Assembly: GCF_011386835.1 (NCBI RefSeq)
Contig: NC_088791.1
Coordinates: 151,466,001 to 151,530,000, forward strand
Origin: Chrysemys picta bellii
Lineage: Eukaryota
DNA length: 64,000 nt
Direction of reading: 5' to 3'
Positions 1 to 11,806 of this stretch are shown here, piece by piece. The translations under genes were made by a program, and so were the position numbers. Within the stretch, counting starts at the first letter, position 1, and the number at the start of each line of letters is the position of its first letter. The notes under the pieces were generated by a model. That model was not told the DNA's origin. It saw only the letters and a list, made by a program, of their open reading frames with translations, and ran no database searches.

Positions 1-759
1 TTGTTGTACAACCATTGTTTGGAGAATTTATGTTTGCATGATAGTAGTCAAGGGACTATATACACAGGAATGAATTTTGGCCCGGGGTTTACCTAATAGC
101 ATTTTGTACCCTCCTGCATAACGTCTATTGATTTGCTGGGCCTTGCTTTTTACTTCTTTGTAATTAGGGATGGGCTCAATTAGCAATGTTCAGATCTGGA
201 TCTTCAATGCTGAATGTCAGCCCACGAAAGATAGCTTCTAGCATTTGCTTTCATCTGCACCACTCCAGGATGAGTTTCATATAATCCCTCATAAATAGCT
301 TCCTGCTACCTTTTTGGAATTTCAACTCCAATCCACCCACGTGAGACAGCCCCCATGAATGCTCAGTTTATAATAGCATTGAAACAAAGCTTTAAGACAA
401 TTACTTTACTTTACCATCCCTTTTGCACCAACAAATATATCTGGTTTAAAAGTCTCTCTTTACATCTTTCTATTGCTATTTGTGCATTTGTTATTAGAAG
501 GTCCTCTGTATGGTGTAGATTAAACACGTCAAGCCCTCTTGTTGAGACTAAATTGTTCTATGTATTCAGTGGCAGATGGGATAATTGAGCAGCGTTACCA
601 TTCTTAGCTGTATTTCTGAACTTGATCTTGTATGAATAGGCTCTGAGAAACAAGGCCCATCTCTGTATTCTGTCTGCTGCCATTGGAGGTGTTGCTTTGG
701 ATGAAGGGGGAAGATGTGTACTAACATTTTATTGTCAGTTGTGAGTGTAACTTTTTTTC

Positions 760-1000
760 TATAAACGTGGTGATGATGATGTCACATTCCCAGCTCCAAT
801 GCTTCTGAGACCAATATGGGCATAGTTCTCTTCAAGTTGTGGAAGTGTTCTTGATGCAAACGTAAAGGGCCTCTCACTACTATCATTCATCGTATGGCTG
901 ATAACAGCCCCAATGCCATATGCACTTGCATCATAAGGTAGTCTGATAGCTTTCATTTGACAAGAACAAGAACATCTGCTGGTATGAATACGCCTTTTTA
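760..1000 (-). mobile_element. Degenerate Ty3/Gypsy pol fragment (RNase H-like domain)
   Basis: ORF 759-956(-) contains IRLPYDASAYGIGAVISH...ERPFTFASRTL..LEENYA, the typical Gypsy RT-RNase H motif (DAS..G.GAVL...RP.AFASR.L...E.NY). Confidence 0.8.
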
Positions 1001-2060
1001 CGCTTTGACATTCATGGCCAGATTTTGAAAACCGATCACATGTTCGTAAGACCTGTCCATTAGTTTTGATGCCTAAATGGGTGCTGAGCTCTTGTAAAAA
1101 TTTGGCCTACAGTCCCCATGGATTTCACACCAGTCTAACTGGATATAATGCAGATACTCAGGACAAAGTAAGGGAGGTCGTCCATTTTTCCACAGCATGC
1201 AAATCCAGTTCTCATGTACACTTTATGTACCACTCTCAATATGGAAACACTCCAGAGCATGAGGTCTTCTCCAGCATGTCCTTATCAGAGGGCTAGAGTC
1301 AGTCAATTTGCATTTTGTCCTGGAACTACTGAGTAAACACCTAATTGTGGAATGAATGATACCTCAGATCTTCTATCCAACTCATGTCAATAATACTATA
1401 AGAACTCCTTGACTTTTCATTGTAACCCAGATTGGCTGGATTGTCTTTTATTTTTCAGCTTTGACACATATTCCAAACACTGGAGACCTAATTCTTGACT
1501 ACATTACTCCAGGTTTACACCAGTGCATTTCCACTGGAATCAATGGAGCTGCCCCAGTGTAAAACTAGTGTAACAAGGTGGGGAATCAAGCCTTAGAAAC
1601 TCATCAGACTGCAACTCATTGTCTAGCCAATGATCTGTTGCACAGAGATTCTTTTGGTATTCCTGACCCTCTTTAGTACTTATCTTGCCTCTTCTCTTCT
1701 GATCTCATGCTGTACACATGCTATGGATGCGGCATTTACATTTCCGTAAGATCTCCAAGCAGAACTCGCATTCCATCTCATGGGGATTGAGTTTACCGCA
1801 CTTCATACATGGTTACACACTATCCATTGGTTACAGAACCCTACTCAGCTCCTTGACATTTCTAGCTTCTGTTGACTCAGCGATAGCAACTGTTTTATGA
1901 TAGGTCAGGGCCTTTTCAGACAACAGTTTCTTTTGGCTGCTGTCGCTGCATAACCTATACCTGAGATGGTCCTTTTAATGAGTCATTTAAATATGCTCCA
2001 ACTTCTCAAAACTCGGAGCCTCTTCATTACAGCTACATATTGACCAACAGCCTCTGTGCA

Positions 2061-3552
2061 CAGGGATTCTCAACCTTTTTCTTTCTGAGGCTCTCCCCAA
2101 CATGCTATAAAAACTCTATGGCCCATCTGTGCCACAACAACTGGTTTTCTGCATATAAAAGCCGGGGTCAGTGTTAGGGGGTAGCAAACAGGGCAGTTGC
2201 CTGGGGCCCCACACCACAGTCTCTCTTTGAAGCCACATTGCTCCGGCTTCGTAGACTCATAGACTCATAGACTTTAAGGTCAGAAGGGACCATTATGATC
2301 ATCTGGTCTGACCCCCTGCATGCTGCAGGCCACAAAACCCTTCCCTGGACTCTGCCGTTGAAGTCCCCAATCCTGTGTTTTAGTGACTTCAATCGGCAGA
2401 GACCCTCCTGCTAGCGATCCCTGCCCCATGCTGCGGAGGAAGGCGAAAAACCTCCAGAGGCTCAGCCAATTTACCCTGGAGGAAAATTCCTTCCCGACCC
2501 CAAATATGGCGATCAGTAAGACCCCGAGCATGTAGGCAAGAGTCTCTAGTCTGACCCCTGTTGGCCATTATACTATTTACGTACCATTGCTTGGTTTTCC
2601 TTGGCTACTATGTTTTACCCTTAAACCATTCCCTCCATAAACTTATCTAACTTAATCTTAAAACCAGACAGGTCCGTCGCCCCCACCGTTTCCCTCGGAA
2701 GGCCGTTCCAATATTTCACCCCTCTGACGGGACAGAAACCTTCGTCTAATTTCAAGCCTGAACTTCCCCACGGCCAGTTTATATCCATTCGTTCTCGTGT
2801 CCACATTAGTACTAAGCTGGAATAGTTCCTCTCCCTCCCTTGTATTTATCCCTCTGATGTATTTAAAGATAGCAATCATATCCCCCCTCAGCCTTCGCTT
2901 TGTCAGACTAAACAACCCAAGCTCCTCTAGTCTCCTTTCATACGACAGGTTTTCCATTCCTCTGATCATCCTAGTCGCCCTTCTCTGCACCCGTTCCAGT
3001 TTGAGTTCATCTTTTTTAAACATGGGAGACCAGAACTGCACACAGTACTCCAAATGAGGTCTCACCAGCGCCTTATACAACGGAAGCAGGACCTCCTTAT
3101 CCCTACTAGATATCCCTCGCCTAACGCATCCCAAGACCGCATTGGCTTTTTTTTACCGCCACGTCACATTGTCGACTCATAGTCATCCTGCGGTCTACAA
3201 GGACCCCTAGGTCCTTCTCCTCTTCCGTTACTTCTAACCAATGAGTCCCCATCTTGTAACTAAAATTCTTGTTAGTTATCCCCAAGTGCATCACCTTACA
3301 CTTTTCACTATTAAATTTCATCCTATTTCTGATACTCCAATTCACAAGCTCATTCAAGTCTCCCTGCAGAATATCCCTATCCTTGGCTTCAGCCCCGGGT
3401 GGCAGGGCTCAGGGCCATGGGCTTCAGCCCCATGCAGTGGGGCTTCTGATTTCTGCCCTGGGCCCCAGTGAGTCTAATGCTGGTCCTACTTGGTGGCCCA
3501 CCTGAAACCTGCTCGTGGCCCCCACTCCCGGACCTTTGGTTGAGAACCACTG
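2061..3552. mobile_element. hAT-type non-autonomous element (MITE) interrupted by a CR1
   Basis: Termini CAGGGATTCTCAACC (2061) and GGTTGAGAACCACTG (ends 3552); flanks TCTGTGCA/TCTGTGTG form a 6/8 match to an 8-bp TSD. Confidence 0.7.
2252..3382 (-). mobile_element. CR1 LINE, 5'-truncated, with RT C-terminus, 3' UTR and (TCTATGAG)n tail
   Basis: ORFs 3121-3357 and 2658-3134 (KFNSEKCKVMHLG...EKDLGVLVD; LYKALVRPHLEYCVQFWSP...ERVQRRATRMI) are CR1 ORF2; the tail reads TAGACTCATAGACTCATAGAC on the + strand. Confidence 0.95.
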
Positions 3553-5609
3553 TCTGTGTGGGGATTTAATCACAATTATGAAATCAAAACTTCCCTGCTA
3601 TAATAAGGGGCTTAGAAGAGACATGGTCCATAGTATTGTCCTAACCCTAGTCAATGCAGGTGCATGTTCTTTGCTAGGAATATAATCTGCCGTAAAAATA
3701 GTTGGTTCTATAGATATAATCTGCCCACTTTCTTTTCATTATATTTTGTCACATGGCCAATTGTTGCCATGATTGCAGCCACTGAGAAGAAATCGTTGAG
3801 AGCAAGCAAAAGAAAAAAGCACTCACTATTTGTGTCCAAGATGCTGATGCCTCTATCCAGTGATTTTTTTTCTTTTTTTTAATCCAGTTTTATGCGGTGC
3901 AGGTAGCTAACAATGCCTGAGCACAAAGGTTGGAGAGAGAAATATAATGAAGACCACACCAGAGCTGGTGCAAGATACGCTCCATTTATTCCAAAGCCAA
4001 TCCACTAATTCCTATGTAAAAGATTACTCAGTACAAGGTACAGCAGGAGTCCTATAGGCAAAATTAATATTACATATATAACAGACCTCACCTTCCTGGT
4101 ATGTCAGGGGTGTTTGGATCTAGGTTAGACTTAGACTCCTTGCTACATACAGTAGAATTGGACTAATTATTTATAATGAACAATTTTATCATTTGTTTAT
4201 TGGTGAGTTGAAGGATCAGATGTCTGTTTTTTTTTAATGATATAGAAAGTTTGAAGGGCTTTTTTATTATGGGATTTCTATAACCACTGTGGAGTTGAAT
4301 GGTCAAGTGCCATGGAACATTATGCTGATTACATGTTGTTACCAAGGAAATGTGGAATGCAAATTCTAGAAGCTCTTTTAGGGAGAAGGAACAACTTTAG
4401 CTTTTCCAAAGTGTAGGGTAGAACCCTTTGCTGAGAATGGAAGCAAAGTCCTAGGCTGCTCTAGTGAGTGGACTGAAGGGCTGAGTACCTAGCCTAAAGG
4501 GGCTGATTTGTCTTTCCTAGGGAATGAAAGGCTGTTGAAGCTGAGTGTTTCACTGTGAGCTACTGAAGGGTGACCTCTTGTACTCTTTAGGTTAAGGCTG
4601 GGTTAAGATAGCTCAAGGGTGGTCGTAGTAGCTGATATTATTATGTTGATTTAATACAAAGATGCCGAGCCAGCATTCTAAGCATATTCAACATAAATTA
4701 CCAAAACCAACTGAAACTAGCAGCTTAACTTTACCAATAGCTTCTGACAAAATTCAACTCACAACAGAACTCCTGCAAAACTCCCCACCTGCTATGCAAA
4801 CTTCAGCCCACATCACCCTTACCAAAAGCCTGAAGCTTTTCTACACACAAGTTGCACTGCTTTAGCTGTACTGATATAGTTAAAGCAGTGCCACCTCCTA
4901 ATCCGGATGCAATTCTAGCAGTACTCGTAGCTGAAATCTCATGCTGTCACATGGGTGCCAGTTGTAAAATCAAAATGGCTGAAAACTTAATTGGATGGTG
5001 ACAGACCATGATTGAACCTGGTGATACTGTATTCTAAACCAAATGCTCTCAACCATGCTTGTAGCGGTTTCCATCGCTTCACATTGACTCAGACATTCTA
5101 GGTTTCAGAGTGACACACAGACAGACGTTTCTGGAATCTTCTTATATAGATAGAGGTGATTTATACTGGTTTAGCTATTCCTAGATAGGAGAGGGAATAA
5201 GCTATCCTTGTATAAGGCACCAATGTTGGTAAGAAATCACACCCCACTCTGACATAGTTATACTGGTACAAATCTGTGTGTAGACCAGGCCATAGTAAAT
5301 ATCTGTCTATCTGCATTCTGAAGGCCAACAGCACTGGTCTATTTTGGACCAAAGTACGCTCCAGTCTCTCACAGAAAACATTCTAATATTAGTCCCAGCA
5401 CTGGAGGTCAAGCACCTCTGCTGTTAGCAACTATAGCAGAATGGCACTAAGAGACAGAGGGCACAAATAGGCAGTGCCAAAGCTATTTTGGGATTTATTC
5501 TACAGCTGGTCAAAATGGGAAAGGAATGTGGGCAAAACTCTGAAATTTGAGTTTGGACCCATTCTGGAGGGTTCTAATGGACCCATTTTTCATTTTATCA
5601 ATGAAAATC

Positions 5610-5872
5610 AAGACTCATAATTTCAATGGTATCGCCCTCTGCGGTGTGGCTGGGGGACTCACTTGCTGCCTGGCTCCCAGCTCCAGCTTCTCTGGTTGGT
5701 GGAAATTTTGACATGATGTCATCAGAAATAGGTCAGGTTGGGTATCCTTCAAAACCTCTTTCTCCCTCGAACACAGTAGTACCAAACATGACAAGCCTAG
5801 GATAATTATGCAGATCTAGATTTGATAAAATGTTTAAAAATCAACTTTTTAAAATTATACTTTAACACAGGC
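5610..5872 (+). repeat. Left terminal inverted repeat of the 5610-14635 transposon
   Basis: Aligns by eye along its length to the reverse complement of 14385-14635. Confidence 0.85.
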
Positions 5873-6166
5873 ATGTCAAACATGCAGTCCTTAAAGGTCA
5901 GTTGTGGCCCTTGACTGTCAGTGCCATGTTATCAGTTAATACTCAGAATATACCTGATTTATTTTAATGTTACAGGTGACTATGAATGGAAGGAGTGCGT
6001 TAAGCTGATTTTCATTCATCAGAAAAAAGTAGTGGTTCAATGGTATTGATTATCAGCTTTTGTTTATTATGCCAAAACAGTTGTAAGGATGCACTGGTTA
6101 AGATATCCGCATCCAGCCAGAAATTATTGCAATCTATCTGCAAATGGTGTGCCTATAGTTACATAA

Positions 6167-7325
6167 TGTAAGGGGACTGTTGTCCCCTTACTAAAATTCA
6201 GTGGGGTGTTTTGGCTGGCTAGCTCCCAGTAGCAAAAGAAAGGGGAAGGGTCAATGGGAAATCAGGGCCCTGAGACTGACAGTCCCCAGAATCAATGGGG
6301 AGAGGCCAATGCCCCAGGTCAGCCTGATTGACAGGGCAGGCAGGCTAATCAGGGAGTCAGGAGGCCAGGGGGTCCAGTCCTCCGTGTGAGCTGGAATTGC
6401 CTGGGTCAGACAGAGTGAGGCCAAGCTAAGGAGAAAGCAGGGGCCCAAGCTGTCCTGGGAGGAGAGCTGCAGCAACCAGATCCAGAGGGTCCAGAAAAGC
6501 AGCCCAGGGAGCTGGAGGCAGAGCAGCAGCAGTGCTGAGGCAGAGTGGAGCTGGAGCTGAGACAGAGTGGTGGAGCTGGAGCAGTCCGGAGCCGGATGCA
6601 GTGAGCAGCTGGGGAGAGTGAGGGGGACACTGGGCAGTGGGCCCAGCACAAGGAGACGCCTCAGCCAAGAGGCCTTGCAGGCCAGACTTGGAGGTGGATC
6701 GTAACCCCGACAGGGCGGTGGCAACGCTGGGAAAAAGGGTCCTGGCACCTCGAGCCTAAGAGCGTGTGGCCACCGCCAGAGCAAGTGTCCGACCTGCAGC
6801 GTCCCTGCAGCACCGCCAGGGCAAGAGAAGGGGTCTGGGGTGTGTGAGGAACAGACTGTGAACTTCCCTTACATTCCAAAGACACTGGTTGTGATGTCCC
6901 TGTGCCATAGAGAGGAGTTATGTGTTTTCCTTTAACCTTTCCCATTTTTTCCTTATTTTTTTTTAATTGATTGCTGTTTAATAAATTGTATTTGCTTGGA
7001 ACAATAAGTAATGTTATGATCAGTGAGTCAGGGAAGCATCCAGTGCAGAGAGAGCACCCCGGAGTGGGGACACCCTAGCCCCTGCCCTAAGTGACCACAA
7101 CAAGGTTGGAGGTTGAGTTCCCCCAGGCACCCTGTGCCCAGCCTTGCTGGGGTTACGAGGACTCTGCCACACAGGAGAGTGGAAGGGGAGCCCTTGAGGT
7201 CAGACAGGCCTCTGGGTAAAGGAAGTGGGAAACAGGACTCGGATCCTTTCGCTAGCCCACTTCACTGGGGTAGTATATAAGCCAGGAAAGTTCCCCACAA
7301 TAGTGGAACCGTTCCCCTTTTTACA
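6167..7325 (+). mobile_element. Solo LTR (Gypsy-type), ~1.16 kb
   Basis: Begins TGTAAGGGG and ends CCCCTTTTTACA; AATAAA at 6980; flanks ATAA/ATAG (imperfect 4-bp TSD). It interrupts the fossil transposase-like frame. Confidence 0.7.
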
Positions 7326-7830
7326 ATAGCATACATTACATGGCATAATTAATTACAACCCCAAAGCAATTCATTACAAAATCCTTGTTTTTACTTAAGT
7401 CTTGATCATTTTTAGACATCAGGTGGGGAGACAAAGAGTACCAACTAATAGCTGAATCTTTTTGGAGCATTCCACCGCGGAGAACCTGGTTAAACACAAT
7501 GCTCTGTGGCACCTTACACGCTACAAGAAGTGTACACATAAACTGAATTTGGCAAGGTTGGATAGAAAGTACATCCAGCACCAGGAAAACTTTGAAAATG
7601 CTGAGACAAGTGCCAGTTTTAGGTGAGACTCGCTTCATACCAGGTCTGATGGCATGTGTTTCAAGACGAACACCTGCTTCTTCTGTGGTATCCATTAAGC
7701 ACAGTTTCAACATGAGACAGGTGAGAAACTATTTGAAGCAGTCACTCTTGGAAAGAGCGTTGCATGGAAAGTAAGTGGGTGCACTGACTCAAAAGACACC
7801 CATGCATATGACATTGCATGTCACATCAAG

Positions 7831-7964
7831 GAGGTTTTTAAGGTCAGACTTGACAAAGCCCTGGTTGGGATGATTTAGTTGGGAATTGGTCCTGCTTTGA
7901 GCAGGGGATTGGACTAGATGACCTCCTGAGGTCCCTTCCAACCCTGATATTCTATGATTCTGTG
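7831..7964 (+). mobile_element. CR1 3'-end fragment with 6-bp TSD
   Basis: ...GGACTAGATGACCTCCTGAGGTCCCTTCCAACCCTGATATTCTATGATTC tail; ATCAAG duplicated at 7825-7830 and 7965-7970. Confidence 0.85.
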
Positions 7965-8208
7965 ATCAAGTGCTACGCTACAAATGTACATAATGTGTTG
8001 CATCCAAAGGTACGAGCAACAGAAACAAATTCCCATTTTACTACTGCAATCAGTGTGACTCAGCTGGAGTTCATAAATTGCCTTGCAGATGCTCAAATGG
8101 ATGGGAAAGTGGTGGTGATGGCCAATGCAGAGGCTAAGTACAGAGAAATATGTGCTTTGTAGAGGAGTGAAGAGGAACAAATGCTTAGCAGAAAGGCTCT
8201 TAAAGCAC

Positions 8209-8671
8209 TGTGACGAACTGGGACTGTTCTTGCTGTGGTCTGTGAATGCTGACAGGGGAGTATGGCTGGGATAGTCTGCATTGCGGGATGGGAGTCTGCC
8301 CGAAGGCGCATACCTGAGTGTGTAACATGAGAACCCAGGAAGGGGTTGAAGGCCAGGTGATACCTTGGCCCGGGAAACTGAACAAAGGCTGTGGGAGAGG
8401 TCGCTGAAGGCAGTGTGCTGGAAGCGGGCTGGAGAGATGGCTGGGAGACAGAGATGGCTCTGACCCCCCAAAGGGGGGTGGGCTGGGATGCCCTGGGACC
8501 CCAAGCTGGACCTAACTGAGGGGGGCCCTGTTGTCTGTGCCTGCAAGACCTGTCTTGGACTGTATTCCTGTCATCCAAATAAACCTTCTGCTTTACTGGC
8601 TGGCTGAGAGTCATGGTGAATCACAGGAAGCCGGGGGTGCAGGGCCCTGAGTCCCCCAATACTCCGTGACA
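8209..8671 (+). repeat. 5' LTR
   Basis: TGTGACGAAC...CTCCGTGACA; AATAAA at 8578. Differs from the 3' LTR at one base that I could find (GGGAGAGG vs GGGAGGGG). Confidence 0.97.
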
Positions 8672-8673
8672 AC

Positions 8674-8691
8674 TGGTGGCAGCGGCGGGAT
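8674..8691 (+). other. Primer-binding site complementary to the 3' end of tRNA-Leu (AAG/TAG type)
   Basis: TGGTGGCAGCGGCGGGAT, 2 nt after the LTR end, versus the expected TGGTGGCAGCGGTGGGAT (1 mismatch, from memory of the tRNA sequence). Confidence 0.85.
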
Positions 8692-9011
8692 CTACTGCAC
8701 CCCGTGGACGGCGCTTCCTGCAGTAAGTGACTGGGGAGCAGTAAAACGAAGGGGGATTGACGGGGACCAGGCGTGCTGAAGAGTGAGAGAGAGACGGGTA
8801 TTACCCCTGGGAGTGTGTGACCAGCGAGAAGGACTTTTGCAGTAACAGGGTCCCCCGGGGGGATCGCAGCGAGTGGTCCCAGGGGCGGAGGAGTCTGCAG
8901 CTCGACCCTGGCAGAGAGGCGGTGACCTCGAGAAGGGCTGGCACACTAGGGGTCCCCCTGGGAACTGTGGGGAGCTGTGAGCACACAGGCCGGTGAGTGG
9001 CCAGCAGGAAG

Positions 9012-10500
9012 ATGTATGCCAAGCGGCTTAAGAGCGACCTGGTGGAGCTGTGCAAGCAGAGGGGGCTGCGCAGTGGGAGGCTCACCAAAGAACAGCTCAT
9101 TGCCCGGCTGGAGGCGGAAGATCGCGCGAATGAACTGCTTCCTGTGTCTCAGGGAAGCAGCCTGGCAAATGCAGCGCAGGCACCAGTGTCTGTCCCAGCT
9201 GGGAGTGGTCAGCCGGCTGCTGAGGGCTTCCCGAGACCCCTCCTTCCTATGCCTAGGGAAAGGGTGGGGAGGAGCCCAGCAAATACCGAGGGCGCCGTGA
9301 CCCCCCCCGGCCAGCAGGGGATCCTCCCGGCGAAGCTCGCGGGCCAGCAGAGGACCCTCCCGGCGACGTTCAGCATCCGTGGAGCGGAATTGGCTGGAAT
9401 GGGAGAAAGAGCTAAAACTGAGAGAGCTGGAGGATCGTGAGCAAGAGAGACAGCGTCAGCATGAACGGGAGGAGAAAGAGAGACAGAGACAGCATGAAGA
9501 GAGACAGAGACAGCATGAACGGGAGGAGAATGAGAGACAGAGACAGCATGAAGAGAGACAGCGTCAGCATGAACTGGAACTGGCGAGACTGAGGGGCAGC
9601 GAACCCCCGGCTGCGGTGAGTGAGGGGGGACCCAGGACTGCACGGAGCTTTGATAAGTGCATCCTGGCCCCACGCAAGGAGGGGGAGGACATGGATGACT
9701 TCCTGGAGGCCTTTGAGACGGCCTGCGAACTGCACCGGGTTGATCTCGCGGACAGACTCCGGGTCCTTACCCCCTTACTGGACCCCAAAGCCGTGGCATT
9801 GTACCGCCAACTGGAAGAGGCAGAGAAAGGGGACTACGAACTATTCAAAAAGGCCCTGCTACGAGAGTTTGGGCTGACTCCTGAGATGTACCGGGAAAGG
9901 TTCCGGAGTCCGGATAAAACCCCTGAGATCTCATATCTGCAACTAGCCGTCCGCATGGAAAGATACGCCAGCAAGTGGGCTGATGAGGCCCAGACGAAGG
10001 AGGACCTGATTAAACTGCTGGTACTGGAGCAACTGTATGAGCGGTGCCCATCCGACCTGAGGCTGTGGTTGGTGGACAGAAAGCCAGAGAACCCGCGACA
10101 CGCAGGGCGGCTGGCCGATGAGTTTGTAAAGAGCCGGTGAGGGGGTGGCAGGGAGGAGCCCCAAAGGAACAGGCCCGCCGCAATGCAGAGAGAGAGTCAC
10201 CCTGGGACCTCCCAAAGGGGGAATATGGGGAATCCCCTCCCACGGGGAATGCCCAGCGTCAGGGACAACCGACCGGCTCGAGGGGACCCACGGGACATGA
10301 GCTGCTATTACTGCGGCCGAAGAGGCCACGTTCGGGCCCAGTGCCCCAAGCTCAAGGACGGACTGAACAGACCAAACCCGCACCGGGTTAACTTGGTAGA
10401 GGCCCAGACGGACGAGGGGCAGGCTTCTCACGCAAGAGGGGCTGGCAGCTTATCAACTGCTCAAGAGAGAGAAGGGCCCCAGGCCAGCTCCTCTAGGGGG
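9012..10500 (+). pseudogene. Gag: N-terminal SAP-like helix motif, E/R/Q coiled coil, SCAN/capsid domain, CCHC zinc knuckle (one frameshift, one in-frame TGA)
   Basis: ATG 9012 MYAKRLKSDLVELCKQRGLRSGRLTKEQLIARLE; shift in C8 at 9301-9308; ERQRQHE repeats; ...LIKLLVLEQLYERCPSDLRLWLVDRKPENPRHAGRLADEF (SCAN-like); TGA at 10138-10140; CYYCGRRGHVRAQC. Confidence 0.9.
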
Positions 10501-11480
10501 TTGGATGCTCCAGACTCAGGGTTTTTGGTTTATACGGTGGGCGTGGGGCTGTCCCTCCGGAGAGAGTACCTTGTTCCCCTGGAGGTGGATGGGAGGAAGG
10601 TCAATGGATACTGGGATACGGGCGCAGAGGTGACGCTGGCCCGGCCCGAGGTGGTGGCCCCAGATCAGGTGGTGCACAACACCTACCTGACCCTGACGGG
10701 GGTGGGCGGAACACCAGTCAAAGTGCCTGTGGCAAGGGTACACCTGAAGTGGGGGGCCAAGGAGGGCCCCAAGGATGTGGGGGTACACCCGTATTTGCCC
10801 ACTGAGGTATTGATGGGGGGGGGACCTGGAGGACTGGCCAAGCAACCCCCAAAGGGCACTGGTTGTGACCCGCAGTCAGAGCCGGCGAGGGGCACTGTGC
10901 CCTGGCCTTGGGGGGGGGGGTGCCTTGCCTGAGGCGCAGGACCCTAACCTGGTGGGGAGGGAACGCCCAGGGACACGGCTCAGGGAGGCTGCAGCTTCAG
11001 ACCCAGCGGGCAAGAAAGAGCAGGTGGCCATCCCTGTCCCAGCTGCTGAGTTCCAGGCCGAGTTGCAGAGAGATTCCTCCTTGCGGAAGATAAGGGACCT
11101 GGCCGACCTCAATGCGGTACAGACCATGGGACGAGGTGGCCGGAAAAGGTTCCTGTGGGAGAAGGGGTTCCTGTACCGAGAATGGGCTCCCCTAGGGAAA
11201 ATGGAGTCAGGGGGGATCAGGAGGCAGCTGGTGGTACCCCAGAAGTATCGCCGCCAGCTGCTGTGCCGGGCCCATGACATTCCCCTCTCAGGGCACCAGG
11301 GAACCTGGCGTACCCAGCAGAGGCTGCTACGGAGCTTTTACTGGCCTGGGGTCTTTGTTACTGTCCGACAGTACTGCGGATCCTGTGACCCCTGTCAGAG
11401 GGGGAGGAAGGCCTGGGACAAGGGGAAAACAGCTTTAGGACCCTGGCCCAGCATAAAGGATCCTTTCCGGAGGGTGGCCA
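10501..11480 (+). pseudogene. Aspartic protease followed directly by integrase H2C2 zinc-binding domain, truncated at the start of the catalytic core
   Basis: GYWDTGAEVT (protease active site); shift in G9 at 10815-10823; HDIPLSGHQG...FYWPG...CGSCDPC (H2C2); homology stops at PFRRVA (~11480), where the rve core would begin. Confidence 0.9.
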
Positions 11481-11794
11481 AGGTTAAAAGGGCGGCTCTA
11501 AACCAAGAGAGCCCAAAGCACAGACCTCCAGACTGGAGCGCTGGGAGAAGACCACAGCCCAGTTGGAACCCCAGAGGTATGGGGGTGGGGAAAGGGCACG
11601 GGCCGCATAAACCTTCCCACATGCGAACTGCGAGTGCCATCAAGCACCCCCGACCTAAGGGGGGGCGTGAAACTGGAGGGGCCTGGTGTAATTCTCACCA
11701 AGGAATGAGAGGGATGCGGGGGCATCCATGGGAAGGGGGTAGGTTCGAACTTCCCCGGGTCACTGGCTAAAGTGACCCTGCTCAGTTCGGTCTC

Positions 11795-11806
11795 GAAGGG
11801 GGGAGA
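11795..11806 (+). other. Polypurine tract
   Basis: GAAGGGGGGAGA immediately 5' of the 3' LTR. Confidence 0.9.

Noticed and set aside
9379-10140. SCAN-domain ORF as a host ZSCAN/zinc-finger gene
   Set aside because: It lies between LTRs with PBS, PPT and TSD, is continuous with CCHC and protease, and has no C2H2 array or exon structure.
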